From the IMG/VR virus record IMGVR_UViG_3300030040_000144, positions 37,244 to 101,243 of that record: DNA of 64,000 nucleotides, one strand, 5' to 3'. The DNA is from a virus. A model generated the notes under the pieces. That model was not told the DNA's origin. It did no database searches and saw only the letters and a program-made list of their open reading frames with translations. Positions 48,057 to 57,843 of this stretch are shown one piece after another. Each line of letters starts with the position of its first letter. Position 1 is the stretch's first letter. The position numbers and the translations under genes were made by a program.

Positions 48057-48914
48057 ATGAAACAGAAACCCCAAATGGTACCCTCCAGCCCCCGTATCTC
48101 GATGGACGAGCTGGCAATATCGGTAAGCAGTGCCGCCGCCACGGTAAAGACCTACTGCTCTGTAGGCAACAATGCGCCGTGGTCGGCTTGCATTACCGCC
48201 ATGAACCACATACGCCGCCACCCTGCATACCGCCATCACGTGAAAGCCGCCTACCGCAAGGCTTTCGCGGCATTCCTGAAACATGAGCGCACGCTTATCT
48301 ATACTTCCCAGAACCGCTTCTTTCATGTGGGAGATATGGCAGAGAGCACACGCAAGTATTACGGCGATATTACTGATGCAGACTATTATAATTTCTGGGC
48401 ATCTTTCGGCTATTCCGCCTTCTGCGATACCAAGCCGTTCTTTACCGTCCTGGTAAACAAGGTAAAACTGATATACGACCGTCACGGTGTAGCCAATTCT
48501 GAAAGTTTGGCGTGGAGCTATGCCGCTCATGCGGCTCTTGTGGTAGGGGTGAACATCTTTAACGCCGCGGTAGAGGGTTGCCTTGATAAGTACCCCAACG
48601 TGCCGCTAACCAAAGAGAAATGGTCGAGACTTTTTGCAGACTTCGATCTCTCCGATGTGGTATTATTATGGCAAAAGGCACATGCCGAACTCGACCGTGC
48701 GTCCGGTCCGGAATTTCCTCTCACCGCCGACGAGGCGCGCAACATACAGATGAGCATAGACCAGCTGTACGAGATGTGGATTTCGAACGAACGCCTGCTT
48801 TCATCGCGTATGCAGGTAAGCGAAGACAATGCCGACATTTTCCGCACCAAGGGGGAGCTGATGAAAGTGCAGCGCATATTTGCCGGTATGCGCCAAAGCG
48901 AAGTAGGCGACTAA
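48057..48914 (+). CDS. Hypothetical protein
   Basis: 285-aa ORF. Confidence 0.35.
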   Translation: MKQKPQMVPSSPRISMDELAISVSSAAATVKTYCSVGNNAPWSACITAMNHIRRHPAYRHHVKAAYRKAFAAFLKHERTLIYTSQNRFFHVGDMAESTRKYYGDITDADYYNFWASFGYSAFCDTKPFFTVLVNKVKLIYDRHGVANSESLAWSYAAHAALVVGVNIFNAAVEGCLDKYPNVPLTKEKWSRLFADFDLSDVVLLWQKAHAELDRASGPEFPLTADEARNIQMSIDQLYEMWISNERLLSSRMQVSEDNADIFRTKGELMKVQRIFAGMRQSEVGD

Positions 48915-48955
48915 CCGTTTAACAAAAACAATAACCGATAAAAAACAGAAAAGAC

Positions 48956-49246
48956 ATGGAAAACGAGAAAGAAGAAAGAGAATACGTTGACGCACGTTTC
49001 GACGTGATAGAAGAATGTTCTGACGCTATTACTGAAGTATTGAACAAGCAGCTTGATAAGTATGGCACCACGCTCGAAGAACAGTTCATCATACTGGGTG
49101 TTCTTAGTGCACAGACTATAAAATTCGGCTGCGATAATTCACCTCTTACCCGTCAGAGCATAAAGAAGAATCTTCTGCGCACGGTAAGCGTCATGATAGA
49201 CAAGGCACTTGAGATAGCCGACCGCGCCGACACCACCAAAAACTGA
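48956..49246 (+). CDS. Hypothetical protein
   Basis: 96-aa ORF. Confidence 0.3.
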   Translation: MENEKEEREYVDARFDVIEECSDAITEVLNKQLDKYGTTLEEQFIILGVLSAQTIKFGCDNSPLTRQSIKKNLLRTVSVMIDKALEIADRADTTKN

Positions 49247-49253
49247 TACCGCT

Positions 49254-49529
49254 ATGCCATCATCAGAAAAAACAGAAAAGCCCAACTATCCGTGCCTGTT
49301 GTATGTGTGCGAGATAGACGAGCGTGGCCATGAGCAATGCACATACATAAACGCCGACAGCATAGAAGGCATATTCATCGATCCACACCGCCACATACTC
49401 GATGTCAGAACCAAAAGCGGCACCAGCATAAACTTTCGTCAGCCGTTCTGCTACGAGTTTATCAGTGGCGCATCGGTTAAGGGAGCGTTCTTTGACGATT
49501 CCGCGCTGCGGCGCATAAAGGTGGAATAG
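49254..49529 (+). CDS. Hypothetical protein
   Basis: 91-aa ORF. The last gene of the + strand block before the IS. Confidence 0.3.
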   Translation: MPSSEKTEKPNYPCLLYVCEIDERGHEQCTYINADSIEGIFIDPHRHILDVRTKSGTSINFRQPFCYEFISGASVKGAFFDDSALRRIKVE

Positions 49530-49625
49530 ACACCGTTCATTAAAATCCGTTTATAAGTTATATTCTTTATTTTTGTTTGTTCTTCCTCGTCCACATTCTT
49601 TTGAGGCGAGGAACAAAAAAACGGC

Positions 49626-51420
49626 CGTTGTGATAAGAGGGCACTGAAAAAGTAATCACTATTCAGAGTTCTCTGAGGATTATATGAAAAATATAGAGTT
49701 CGTCAACTCCTTATCCGAGGACTTGACGAACTCTGATTTTTATCGATAGGTAGGTTATATGACTCTGTATTGACTCTAATCAGCCATGTGCAGCCTTATT
49801 CTGGGATAATGATGAGCAGTCCTCAGCTCAGTTTGAGGATTCTTTTTATATTTGCAACAAAAATCACCATTGCCCCTTGCATACGCATACAGTCCAGACC
49901 ATACGAGTCTGCACGGTCGTATCCAAATACATTCTTCAATTCTGCGTTTTTGGCCTCGATTTTATATCGGATTTTAGCCTTTGTCTTGAACTCCTCTGTT
50001 TGTTCAAAGTCGGCTTGCTGCAGATGCTCTCCCGATTTAATCTGCACGGCATAAGACTTGCTTTTGGCCCCTTCTTTATAACATCCGTTCCGCCGTGAAC
50101 ATGTTCTGCATTTCTCTACATCAAAGTAGAAGACAAGTGACTGGTTCTGTTTCTCTCCCTTCTTTCCCTGTCGCGCTTTTCTTATCGCCATATGCCCGGC
50201 CGGACAAACATACATTCCGGCATCCTTGTTATAATCAAAACGGTCTTCTTCCTTACGCGTGCCATTGCTGATTGTCGGATTTAATCTGGCAACCAGCTCA
50301 AAACCATTTTCTTTGTCATTTGAAAGTATTATGTTGTCTTTGCCCGAGTACGCAGTGTCGCCGACTACTGTATCAACGACCATGCCGTTGGTGCGGCTCT
50401 GCTCTACAAGTTCCTGAAGCTGGGGGCCGTCCCCTTTCTCTCCGGAGGTGACTGTCGCAGCCGTTATGATGCGTTCATCACTCATTGCGATATGGGTCTT
50501 ATATCCGAAGAAAGAGGCATCCTTACTCTTGTGCCCAATCCTGGCATCCTCGTCCTTGGACGTTACATAATGGTCTTCAATATCTGAAAGTACCTCCTTA
50601 AGCATGTTAAGACGCTCCTTGATTTTAGGAACTTCTGCAAGACAGGGATTGGAACCTACGACATTCAGCAGATTTTTGGTGTAGTCAAGCTCATGTTCCA
50701 GATTATCATCCGTGTTCTTTTCAGGAAGAGTATTTTTGATAGTCTCGTCTGATTCATACAGACATTTGCGCAACTGTTTTGAGCGAAGCCGCAATATCTC
50801 AACCGGGGAATAAGGATTGCTTCGTGAGCCGGTGTGGGTGGCATCAACGATTATAGTACGTGATTTGATTATTCCTTTTTCAATTGCAATCTCAACGGTT
50901 TTGCCAATCAGAAGATTCAACAGGGCCTTGTCTTTTAGTCTAAGCTTACGGAACTTACACAGAGAACTGGGATTTATCAGGTCCGTGTTTTCTGGACTCA
51001 TCCCAAGAAAATACTTGAAAGACATATCATAACGGGACCTCTCTACAACATCAACATCGGATATGTCATAAATTGTCTTCAGAAGAAGATATTTGAACAT
51101 CATTACAGGGCTTTCAGCCATGCGGCCATTGTCATGGCAGTATTTATCCATAAGTTCTTTTTGGATGAAGGAGAAGTCCACAAGGTCATTAATCCTGCGC
51201 AGAACATTATCGCTAGGAATAATCAAATCGTATAAATCACTGTAATTGCTGAATTGTATTGTCTGTTGAGTCGGGAGCATTTCTTTGTGTGTTATATCTA
51301 TAAAGATACGCAAAAATCGGCATATATCCAAAATGTTTATTGGGTATATGCCGATTATATCAGACAATTATCCTATGAAAGGACTTTTTCAGTGCCCTCT
51401 TGTGATAACGTCCGTTTTTT
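49626..51420. mobile_element. IS1182/IS5-like insertion sequence
   Basis: Terminal inverted repeats of ~38 bp: aaaaaacgg[c/a]cgtt[g/a]t[g/c]a[t/c]aagagggcactgaaaaagt at 49626-49663, and its reverse complement at 51383-51420. They bracket a single DDE transposase gene. Confidence 0.7.
49823..51367 (-). CDS. DDE transposase (IS1182/IS5-like family)
   Basis: 514 aa. N-terminal ...DLVDFSFIQKELMDKYCHDNGRMAESPVMMFKYLLLKTIYDISD... is typical of IS1182-type transposases. Confidence 0.7.
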   Translation of the reverse strand: MSDIIGIYPINILDICRFLRIFIDITHKEMLPTQQTIQFSNYSDLYDLIIPSDNVLRRINDLVDFSFIQKELMDKYCHDNGRMAESPVMMFKYLLLKTIYDISDVDVVERSRYDMSFKYFLGMSPENTDLINPSSLCKFRKLRLKDKALLNLLIGKTVEIAIEKGIIKSRTIIVDATHTGSRSNPYSPVEILRLRSKQLRKCLYESDETIKNTLPEKNTDDNLEHELDYTKNLLNVVGSNPCLAEVPKIKERLNMLKEVLSDIEDHYVTSKDEDARIGHKSKDASFFGYKTHIAMSDERIITAATVTSGEKGDGPQLQELVEQSRTNGMVVDTVVGDTAYSGKDNIILSNDKENGFELVARLNPTISNGTRKEEDRFDYNKDAGMYVCPAGHMAIRKARQGKKGEKQNQSLVFYFDVEKCRTCSRRNGCYKEGAKSKSYAVQIKSGEHLQQADFEQTEEFKTKAKIRYKIEAKNAELKNVFGYDRADSYGLDCMRMQGAMVIFVANIKRILKLS

Positions 51421-51438
51421 CTTTTTCTACTCGCTTCT

Positions 51439-53433
51439 CTATCTTCCGTTAGGCATTACGAAACAGTAGCCGCCGCATCTGAACAGCTTGCAACCCAGAT
51501 AAAGCGTGTCGAAGGCATCGGTAAAGTCGGTTCTCTGCTGAAGAGGAAGCGTATCTTCGCTTTCCGGCTTTTTTTCCTGACTCTTGTCTTTCTGAAATCC
51601 CTTATACGAAATTTTCACCTCGCACAGCTGCATGGCTATGATAAGGTCGGCATTGTTCTGCTGGTTTATGCGGATAGCCGGAAACGACAGATGAGCCAGA
51701 GCGTCGTTTATGATTTTATGCTTCAGGTCGTGCCGCTCCGGTGCTCCCATGTCTATGCCCGTAACCGCCCATCCGTACCGCTCTAATTCCTGCATCACCG
51801 TCATGTAGAAGCGTTCGTCGGTGCTGGCGTACGACGCGCCCTGCTTTGCCGTAGCGTCATAGAAATACGTCACGTCTCGGTTGATGGAACGCTTCGGGGC
51901 GTAGTATGCCGAAAAGTCGGCTATAAGCTCACGCAGCTTGCGCTCGTTCTTCACGTAGAAACTCTTTATCACGTTAAGACACTCCATCCCGTCGCGCTCA
52001 TATATCTGCCCGACCACAAGCGTGTTGATGTTAGCGTTATAGTCGAGGGCTATATATAAAGGAAGGGAGTTGATGCAGTCGGCATCCATGCGGCAGTCGT
52101 TGCGCTCCGACAGTTCCTTGAAGTCGGGCTGATAACTCTCTGACGTGATTTCCCGTCCACCGATGATGCCTGACACCTTTTGCGTAGTGAATTTGGCGGA
52201 CGACAGAGGGTCTATCTCGTCGGGAATATAACCGTGCACGTGGTCTATATCGAGGTTAGAGTAAAAGCCGTCGTTGCTCTTCTGCATTTTCATGTTGAGA
52301 ATCGAGACCATGAAGGTGTAGTTCGGAAGATCTCTGCGCATGTCTCTTATGTAACTCTCAGTCAGAAGGTCCACATTGTCGAGGGTTGACGCGCGGCGCA
52401 CGCAGAAAGCCACACGGCGCAGCTCACGCAGATAGCCGTCAGAGAACTTCTTTGAGCGAAGAAACATCTGCATCTCAAAGTCCTCTTCGGGCGTGATAAG
52501 ATACTCGTGATCATAAACCAGCTCGGCATCGTCCTGCGGAATGAGTTTATAGTTGACAGCCATCTCTACCATGCCTTTTGTAACGTGCCGCCCGTGGTTG
52601 GGCATCATCTTGAACTGCCCCTCGTGTTTCATCATCTTCAGCGCCACGGCACGTATCATGGTGCGCAGTTCGGGCGGAACCACGTGTACGGAGTGTCCCG
52701 TTTTCCGAGCGTTGTACAGAAGGTCGTTGTAGCGTATCACCTTGTCGGCATACTCTTCGAGCTGCTGCTGCACCCAGCGGTAGGTTTTCCCTTTGAAGCG
52801 TCCTGTTTCTATCTCCAAGTCGAGTTTCTCTTCTTCCTTCTCCAACCACGAGCCTTTGGCCGTGAGCGATGCGTCCGAAAGAAAACGTGTTGACTTGTAC
52901 AGCGGATTATGATCCGTAAAGTTGATGTCGCCCAATGGGTGCGTCTGGCCCGAAAGTGCCGGCATCAGTTCGTCCGTCACCTTCTTGTACGGAAAGAAAC
53001 GGGCTTCGTCGCCTACCATGGCTGAGAAGGTGTAACTGTTAGCGCTGGCGGTCTGCGATAGCGAAATGAGTACCCAGCCCGCACCGTTGGCGAACCAAAT
53101 GTAATTATCGTAGTTCTTAGGCTTGAATATACTCTCGCGGGCATGTTTGGGCGGCCGCCCCCATCCGAAGTGCACGCCCTGCGTAAAGCCGAACATGCGC
53201 TCCATAGCCGCCATAGTGCTCGGAATGGTCTTACCGAAGCCCTGCTGACGGCTTACCGCCACCCACGCTCCCAGCATACCGGGCATGGAGTTCGAAGCCA
53301 TCCACACGTACGGGGCCACAAGTCCGTCGGTCTTACCCACACGGCGTGCGGCTATCACTCGTTCGTCCTTCGCCCCCATGTACAGCGACTGCTGCTGAAA
53401 TTTGGTAAGGTATATGTCGTGTGCTTTTTGCAT
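51439..53433 (-). CDS. terL: Terminase large subunit
   Basis: 664 aa. Walker A AARRVGKT and Walker B MVGDEARF in the N-terminal ATPase. The C-terminal half is Asp-rich and nuclease-like. Confidence 0.6.
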   Translation of the reverse strand: MQKAHDIYLTKFQQQSLYMGAKDERVIAARRVGKTDGLVAPYVWMASNSMPGMLGAWVAVSRQQGFGKTIPSTMAAMERMFGFTQGVHFGWGRPPKHARESIFKPKNYDNYIWFANGAGWVLISLSQTASANSYTFSAMVGDEARFFPYKKVTDELMPALSGQTHPLGDINFTDHNPLYKSTRFLSDASLTAKGSWLEKEEEKLDLEIETGRFKGKTYRWVQQQLEEYADKVIRYNDLLYNARKTGHSVHVVPPELRTMIRAVALKMMKHEGQFKMMPNHGRHVTKGMVEMAVNYKLIPQDDAELVYDHEYLITPEEDFEMQMFLRSKKFSDGYLRELRRVAFCVRRASTLDNVDLLTESYIRDMRRDLPNYTFMVSILNMKMQKSNDGFYSNLDIDHVHGYIPDEIDPLSSAKFTTQKVSGIIGGREITSESYQPDFKELSERNDCRMDADCINSLPLYIALDYNANINTLVVGQIYERDGMECLNVIKSFYVKNERKLRELIADFSAYYAPKRSINRDVTYFYDATAKQGASYASTDERFYMTVMQELERYGWAVTGIDMGAPERHDLKHKIINDALAHLSFPAIRINQQNNADLIIAMQLCEVKISYKGFQKDKSQEKKPESEDTLPLQQRTDFTDAFDTLYLGCKLFRCGGYCFVMPNGR

Positions 53434-53504
53434 TGTAGTATAGTTTAGTCGTGTTCGTGTAGTGTTATCCTGATTTCCGTGTGTGCCTTATGTGCGCCGC
53501 TCCG

Positions 53505-53726
53505 TTATTTGTGCCGATGGCCTACGTGCCACTTCTGACATGTATGGCATCGGTACACGGTGTAGCCTTCGGCACGCAGCCGCGGGTTTTGTTGCAGAAA
53601 CTCCCACGCCGCATCTTCCGTGTCGTACGGAGCCTTGGCTTTCCACGAGCGTTGCTTGCGTGTGTAATGTTCAGAATCCGGTTTGAATGGCGGCACCTTG
53701 TTGAAGTATTTGTGTCTGTTGTTCAT
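53505..53726 (-). CDS. Small zinc-ribbon protein
   Basis: 73 aa, ...YRCHTCQKWHVGHRHK. Confidence 0.3.
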   Translation of the reverse strand: MNNRHKYFNKVPPFKPDSEHYTRKQRSWKAKAPYDTEDAAWEFLQQNPRLRAEGYTVYRCHTCQKWHVGHRHK

Positions 53727-53741
53727 GTTTTTTTTGTGCGT

Positions 53742-54807
53742 TTAGAATAGTGTTGTCTGTATGGCTCTGTTTCCTCGTTCTGCTTGATGCCGTGGCACGT
53801 ATATTCGCTCGGTTACAAGGTTATTTGCCGTGGCGCTCAGAGTAGAGCGGTGAGCGAACTCTTCTATGCAGATAAAACGGTCGTCTGGCATACGGTACGA
53901 TGAAATGAATACGGGTTCCGTCTGGCGTTCGCACCATCGGTAGAAACGTTCATAATCGAAGCCTTCCGCCTTGTCGTATACGTTTGTTCCTTCATACGGG
54001 ATGTCGCAGTATATCACGCTGTCCTCGGGTATGCTGACCTCTTCGTAGTCAAGCACAGAGGAAGTGATGGGCAAAATCTCTCCCCCCCTCTCGTATATCT
54101 GGGCAGACTGTGCTGTCGTTCTCTGTACTGCAAGCGAGGCGACTGAGTTTCGTCTCTCGCAGTTGGGGAGTTCTCCGCTTCGATTTTTTTTTTTGAAAGA
54201 CAGCTCTCGTTCGCCATCTTTCCATTTGCATTGAGGCAAGTCGGGCAGTGCGGTTGAATGATTCCTGCTGCATCCGTTGATTCTCCCCCCCCCCCTCAAA
54301 CGATTGCTGTCGGAAGTGTCCCAACTTACTGAAGTAGTGCTTCACTGCGAGGTATCGCTTCTGCAGGTCTTGTATGGGGTCGATGAACGAGAGGTTGTGG
54401 CCGAGTTCTTTACCAAGCGAATAGTCGCCGAAGAACATGGCGTAGTGTATGGCTTTCTTTAGCGGCTCTATCTCACGCGAATAGAGATAGTCGCGCAGAT
54501 TGTTGCCGAACGACCACACCACCGCGACATACGGGTCAGTGTCCTTCAGCCGGAAGAAGTCCTCTCGGCTAATCCATCGGCTTTCGTCGTTGTATTTGCC
54601 GTTCAGCGCGTCGATGAAGAGCGTGGGACACATCCAGTTAATATCGTTTATATGTATATGCTCATATTTATCCATGAGCAGTGCCGCATGGCTCACGGCA
54701 CAGCCGCCGCAGAACAAATCTATGAGATGTTTTTTTCGTGGCAACAGCCGCACTATGCGCTCTGCCAGCTTGTTCTTGCTTCCCTTGTAAGGTAATCCGT
54801 ATTTCAT
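53742..54807 (-). pseudogene. Dam-like N6-adenine DNA methyltransferase, split across frames at homopolymers (G11 and A11 on the coding strand). Frameshifted, possibly phase-variable.
   Basis: ORF 54049-54807 carries motif I (KYGLPYKGSKNKL...LIDLFCGGCAV). ORF 53742-54299, in another frame, carries motif IV (VIYCDIPY). A C11 run (~54285-54295) and a T11 run (~54184-54194) on the + strand lie between the motifs. Confidence 0.55.
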
Positions 54808-54869
54808 TCTTTTTTTTATGGTGTTGGTGTGTGTTTGTAGTTATGTATCATCAAGCGGCGGCATCGGGG

Positions 54870-55524
54870 CTAGTTAAACCACTTTACTATGGTTTCGCCT
54901 TTGTAGCCCTTCTCCCAAACGAACCATGCGTATGCCGCCGCACTGCTGCTTACGGAGCTGAAATCTCCGTTCATGGCGCATTTAAGCCGGGACGAGCTTA
55001 CCCATACCCTAATGGGGGGGGGTAGTTTTGAACAGACGGCGGCGACTCTTCCCTTCAAGAAAGGTGAGTTTTAAGAACATCGCCACCTTTTTGTCCGCAG
55101 GAATGATGCTCAGTGCTTTTTCCACAAACTCTTGGGCGAATTTGTAGGGTGGGTTGGTTACGATGTTACCATCCCACGCTAAGTTGTCTATGGCGAGGAA
55201 ATCTGCTACCGTGCCGTAGCCTCTGTCTATCAGGTCCCGGCTTTCCACTTCGTAGCCGTACGCTTTAAGTACCTCGCTTATGTGACCCTCGCCGCACGAC
55301 GGTTCGAGTATTTTGCCTTCAAACCGCTCCAGGCGGCAGAGCCATTCGGTAGCCTTCGGTTCTGTGGCGTAGTAGTCGTCTTGCTCACGCTCACGGTCGG
55401 AGTGGTTGCTCGCCCCGAGTGTGGCGAAAACGGCGGTGCGTCCGCCCGTCCAGCATTTAGCCACGGTGCACCTCCTTTCCTTTTTGTCTGTTGCCGGAGT
55501 CGGCCGCGTGGCGCAGCTCGTCAA
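54870..55524 (-). pseudogene. Second N6-adenine (NPPY) methyltransferase. The reading frame stops at a G9 homopolymer and the C-terminal ~48 aa continue in the -1 frame.
   Basis: ILEPSCGEGHI (motif I) and IVTNPPY (motif IV), then ...KTTPPH-stop at the 55014-55022 G-run. With G8 the frame reads through to ...YAWFVWEKGYKGETIVKWFN (ORF 54870-55058). Confidence 0.5.
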
Positions 55525-55714
55525 GCGTGGGATAGTCAGCGCACGGCATCAGAGGGTCTTCGTCGGTTATCATGAAGTGTATCTGAGTGTCACGATAACC
55601 CAATTCATGCAGCATGGCGTAAACCTCTTCCGTGCTGCGGTTCTTTGTTTCGTTGTTGGCATCGTATATAATGGAGACGGTGCCGTTGCTGTAGTCTAAG
55701 ATTGATATGTACAT
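55457..55714 (-). CDS. Hypothetical small protein
   Basis: Start MYISILDYSNGTVSI.... It lies just downstream of the repeat arrays and overlaps the 5' extension of the methyltransferase ORF. Confidence 0.3.
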   Translation of the reverse strand: MYISILDYSNGTVSIIYDANNETKNRSTEEVYAMLHELGYRDTQIHFMITDEDPLMPCADYPTLDELRHAADSGNRQKGKEVHRG

Positions 55715-55744
55715 GTGTATTCGTTTTATGTTATACTTATTGTT

Positions 55745-55870
55745 TTTTTTAAACAATGCCCATTGTTTGACTATAACTATGCCCATTGTTGTATGTAAAC
55801 AATGCCCATTGTTTACATAAGGTTATGCCTATTACTTTGATAAGGTTATGCCTATTACCTTGGTAAGGTT
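55745..55870. repeat. Two direct-repeat arrays: 3x aacaatgcccattgtt (palindromic arms) and 3x aaggttat[g/a]cctattac
   Basis: Copies at ~55745, 55770 and 55798, and at ~55820, 55840 and 55860. Regular spacing of about 20-28 nt in the intergenic region of the minus-strand late operon. Confidence 0.55.
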
Positions 55871-55882
55871 ATACCTATTACC

Positions 55883-56902
55883 TCATATTCCGTACTTTCT
55901 CAGATACTCCTCACATCTGAATCCCTTTCTCGGCGTGAAATCCTTAAAATCGGTAGTGCAGAAAATCATTCGCTTATTGCACCATTTTGCCATATCTTTC
56001 TGCCATTCGGGGATTGTGCGGTTTGGATTTGTCGGGTCGCGGTAAGGTTGAGCGTAAGCATAGACGGCTCTGCCTTCGTGACTCTTGCGAAAACTTTGCA
56101 GGCGTTCCCACCAATAATGCAGTCGATGGTAGCACTCCTTGAAATTGTTCTTGCCGCCAATCATCGTGTATAGGGAATACTCGCCACGAAATCCAGCAGC
56201 GTTGATGAGCTGCATGGCGCGTTCACATTCCGCTATCTGTGCCGTGGTATCGCAGCCGAAACGTATGCGCGAGTCTATCCATTTCACTTTGCCCAACAGT
56301 TCGGCATATTCGGGAGTAACCAACCGTGCGTCCATTGCCTGGTTGAAGTCGATATGCAGACCGAGGTCGATTATCTTCTGAAGCTGCTCCTTGGCATAGT
56401 CGCCCGCCGCAAGAATGTTGTTATCCATCAGCACAACATGCGTGCGCCCCTCGATGGCTATCTCTTCAATATCCATGTAGGGACGTATGTACCCTTCCTT
56501 CTTCGGAACGACACACCAGAAGCATTTGTTAGGGCATCCCTCGGTCAGTTTGCCTACGGCTTGATTTTTCGGTAGCCAAGGGTACATCGTGTAAAGAGGC
56601 TGTAGTTTGTCTATCTCGTCGGGCAGACGCTTGCAGATGTCGTAGCCCGTGCCGCCCTTCTCCAGCCGGTCGTAAGAAAACTGACTGAAGTCTATATCGG
56701 GCGAGAAATTAAACACCTTACTGGCATACAGTATGTCGTAATGATGTCTGTCGAACAGGTTGGCGGGTTGCGCCCACTCTACAGCATCGCCCTGCATGGC
56801 GTGCCAACGTGCAATCTTACCGAGGGCTACGTTGGGATATATCGTTGCGCCCCATTTCTTTTTGCCGTGTCGCCCGTCTACATCTAACAGTCCTATCCTC
56901 AT
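55883..56902 (-). CDS. Radical SAM domain protein (CX3CX2C)
   Basis: 339 aa. TEGCPNKCFWCVVP gives a C-x3-C-x2-C cluster at aa ~121-128. Adjacent to the two DNA methyltransferase genes. Confidence 0.45.
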   Translation of the reverse strand: MRIGLLDVDGRHGKKKWGATIYPNVALGKIARWHAMQGDAVEWAQPANLFDRHHYDILYASKVFNFSPDIDFSQFSYDRLEKGGTGYDICKRLPDEIDKLQPLYTMYPWLPKNQAVGKLTEGCPNKCFWCVVPKKEGYIRPYMDIEEIAIEGRTHVVLMDNNILAAGDYAKEQLQKIIDLGLHIDFNQAMDARLVTPEYAELLGKVKWIDSRIRFGCDTTAQIAECERAMQLINAAGFRGEYSLYTMIGGKNNFKECYHRLHYWWERLQSFRKSHEGRAVYAYAQPYRDPTNPNRTIPEWQKDMAKWCNKRMIFCTTDFKDFTPRKGFRCEEYLRKYGI

Positions 56903-57666
56903 ACTCCGTCCTCCGCTCTTTCTTCGGCTTCGTCTTCTTCCGTCATGTATTCCACGTAGTCCGGCTCGTCCTCCGTGTCGGCGGCGGGAACTCCCAGCAT
57001 CGATTCTTCTTCCATGTCTTGAAGGTCTTTCGTGGTGAGTCCGTACTTGCGCTTCATGCGCTCCTTCTCCTCATCGGTATAGTTCACGCGGTCGCGCTTC
57101 ACTATGCTCACATCCTGCGTAATGGCAATGCGGCTCATGTCCGGCATTTCGTCCGTAGCGTCGCGCTGCTCGTCGAAATCCTTGTATACCTTAGCCAACG
57201 CCTCCATGCCCTTCGCCACGGCACGGTCGTTGTTCTGCTGTTTACCCGTGCGGATAAGCCACTCTGCCGAACCGAGGAACATAGCCTTGTGGCGCGGACT
57301 CTCGTCGGTCTGGAAGAAGCGTATCAGGTGGTTGCACACCAGCACGTCGTTGTTCAGCTCCGTTACGGTGCGCGGCATCACGTTTCCTTCCTTGTCAATG
57401 GTGATGCGCAGGGCGTGCACCATTTCCATAGCCTCGCGGTTTCCCTGTCCTGCCTGGCGGAAGAACAGCTCGTAGTCGCGTCGGGCTATGTTGCGGCACG
57501 TTACGCGCGGATCGATGTCGCGGTTCTGTAGCCATCTCTTGTAAAATTCGCTGCACATCTGCATACGGTATCGCTGCTCCGGCTTGGGGAAGGCGTGCTC
57601 TATGCCCGTCCCTAATGTGAGCCACTTGTCGATGCGTGCCAGCGTGTTTTCTGTTATTCCTGACAT
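56899..57666 (-). CDS. Hypothetical protein with a highly acidic C-terminus
   Basis: 255 aa. C-terminal EDEPDYVEYMTEEDEAEERAEDGV. Confidence 0.3.
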   Translation of the reverse strand: MSGITENTLARIDKWLTLGTGIEHAFPKPEQRYRMQMCSEFYKRWLQNRDIDPRVTCRNIARRDYELFFRQAGQGNREAMEMVHALRITIDKEGNVMPRTVTELNNDVLVCNHLIRFFQTDESPRHKAMFLGSAEWLIRTGKQQNNDRAVAKGMEALAKVYKDFDEQRDATDEMPDMSRIAITQDVSIVKRDRVNYTDEEKERMKRKYGLTTKDLQDMEEESMLGVPAADTEDEPDYVEYMTEEDEAEERAEDGV

Positions 57667-57843
57667 ATATCATCTGTTTTTTGGTTCTTTGTTTCTTTTA
57701 CGCCGAAGTTATGATAAAAGATTTTCTCCATACGGACATCCCTCCGTCCTCCGTATGTCCGTACCTCCCCGCGGACATTGCCTACATTTGCCTAAAACAT
57801 AAAACAACATTCTTATCACTAACCAAAAAAAACACGAACAGAA

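Noticed and set aside
52180-52893. Plus-strand ORFs (69-128 aa) inside the terminase gene
   Set aside because: Antisense to a 664-aa ORF with Walker motifs; shadow ORFs.
57104-57673. ORFs 57104-57475 (+) and 57395-57673 (-), overlapping the 56899-57666 gene
   Set aside because: Overlap a longer ORF on the strand consistent with the surrounding operon; Arg/Ser-rich translations typical of off-frame GC-rich sequence.
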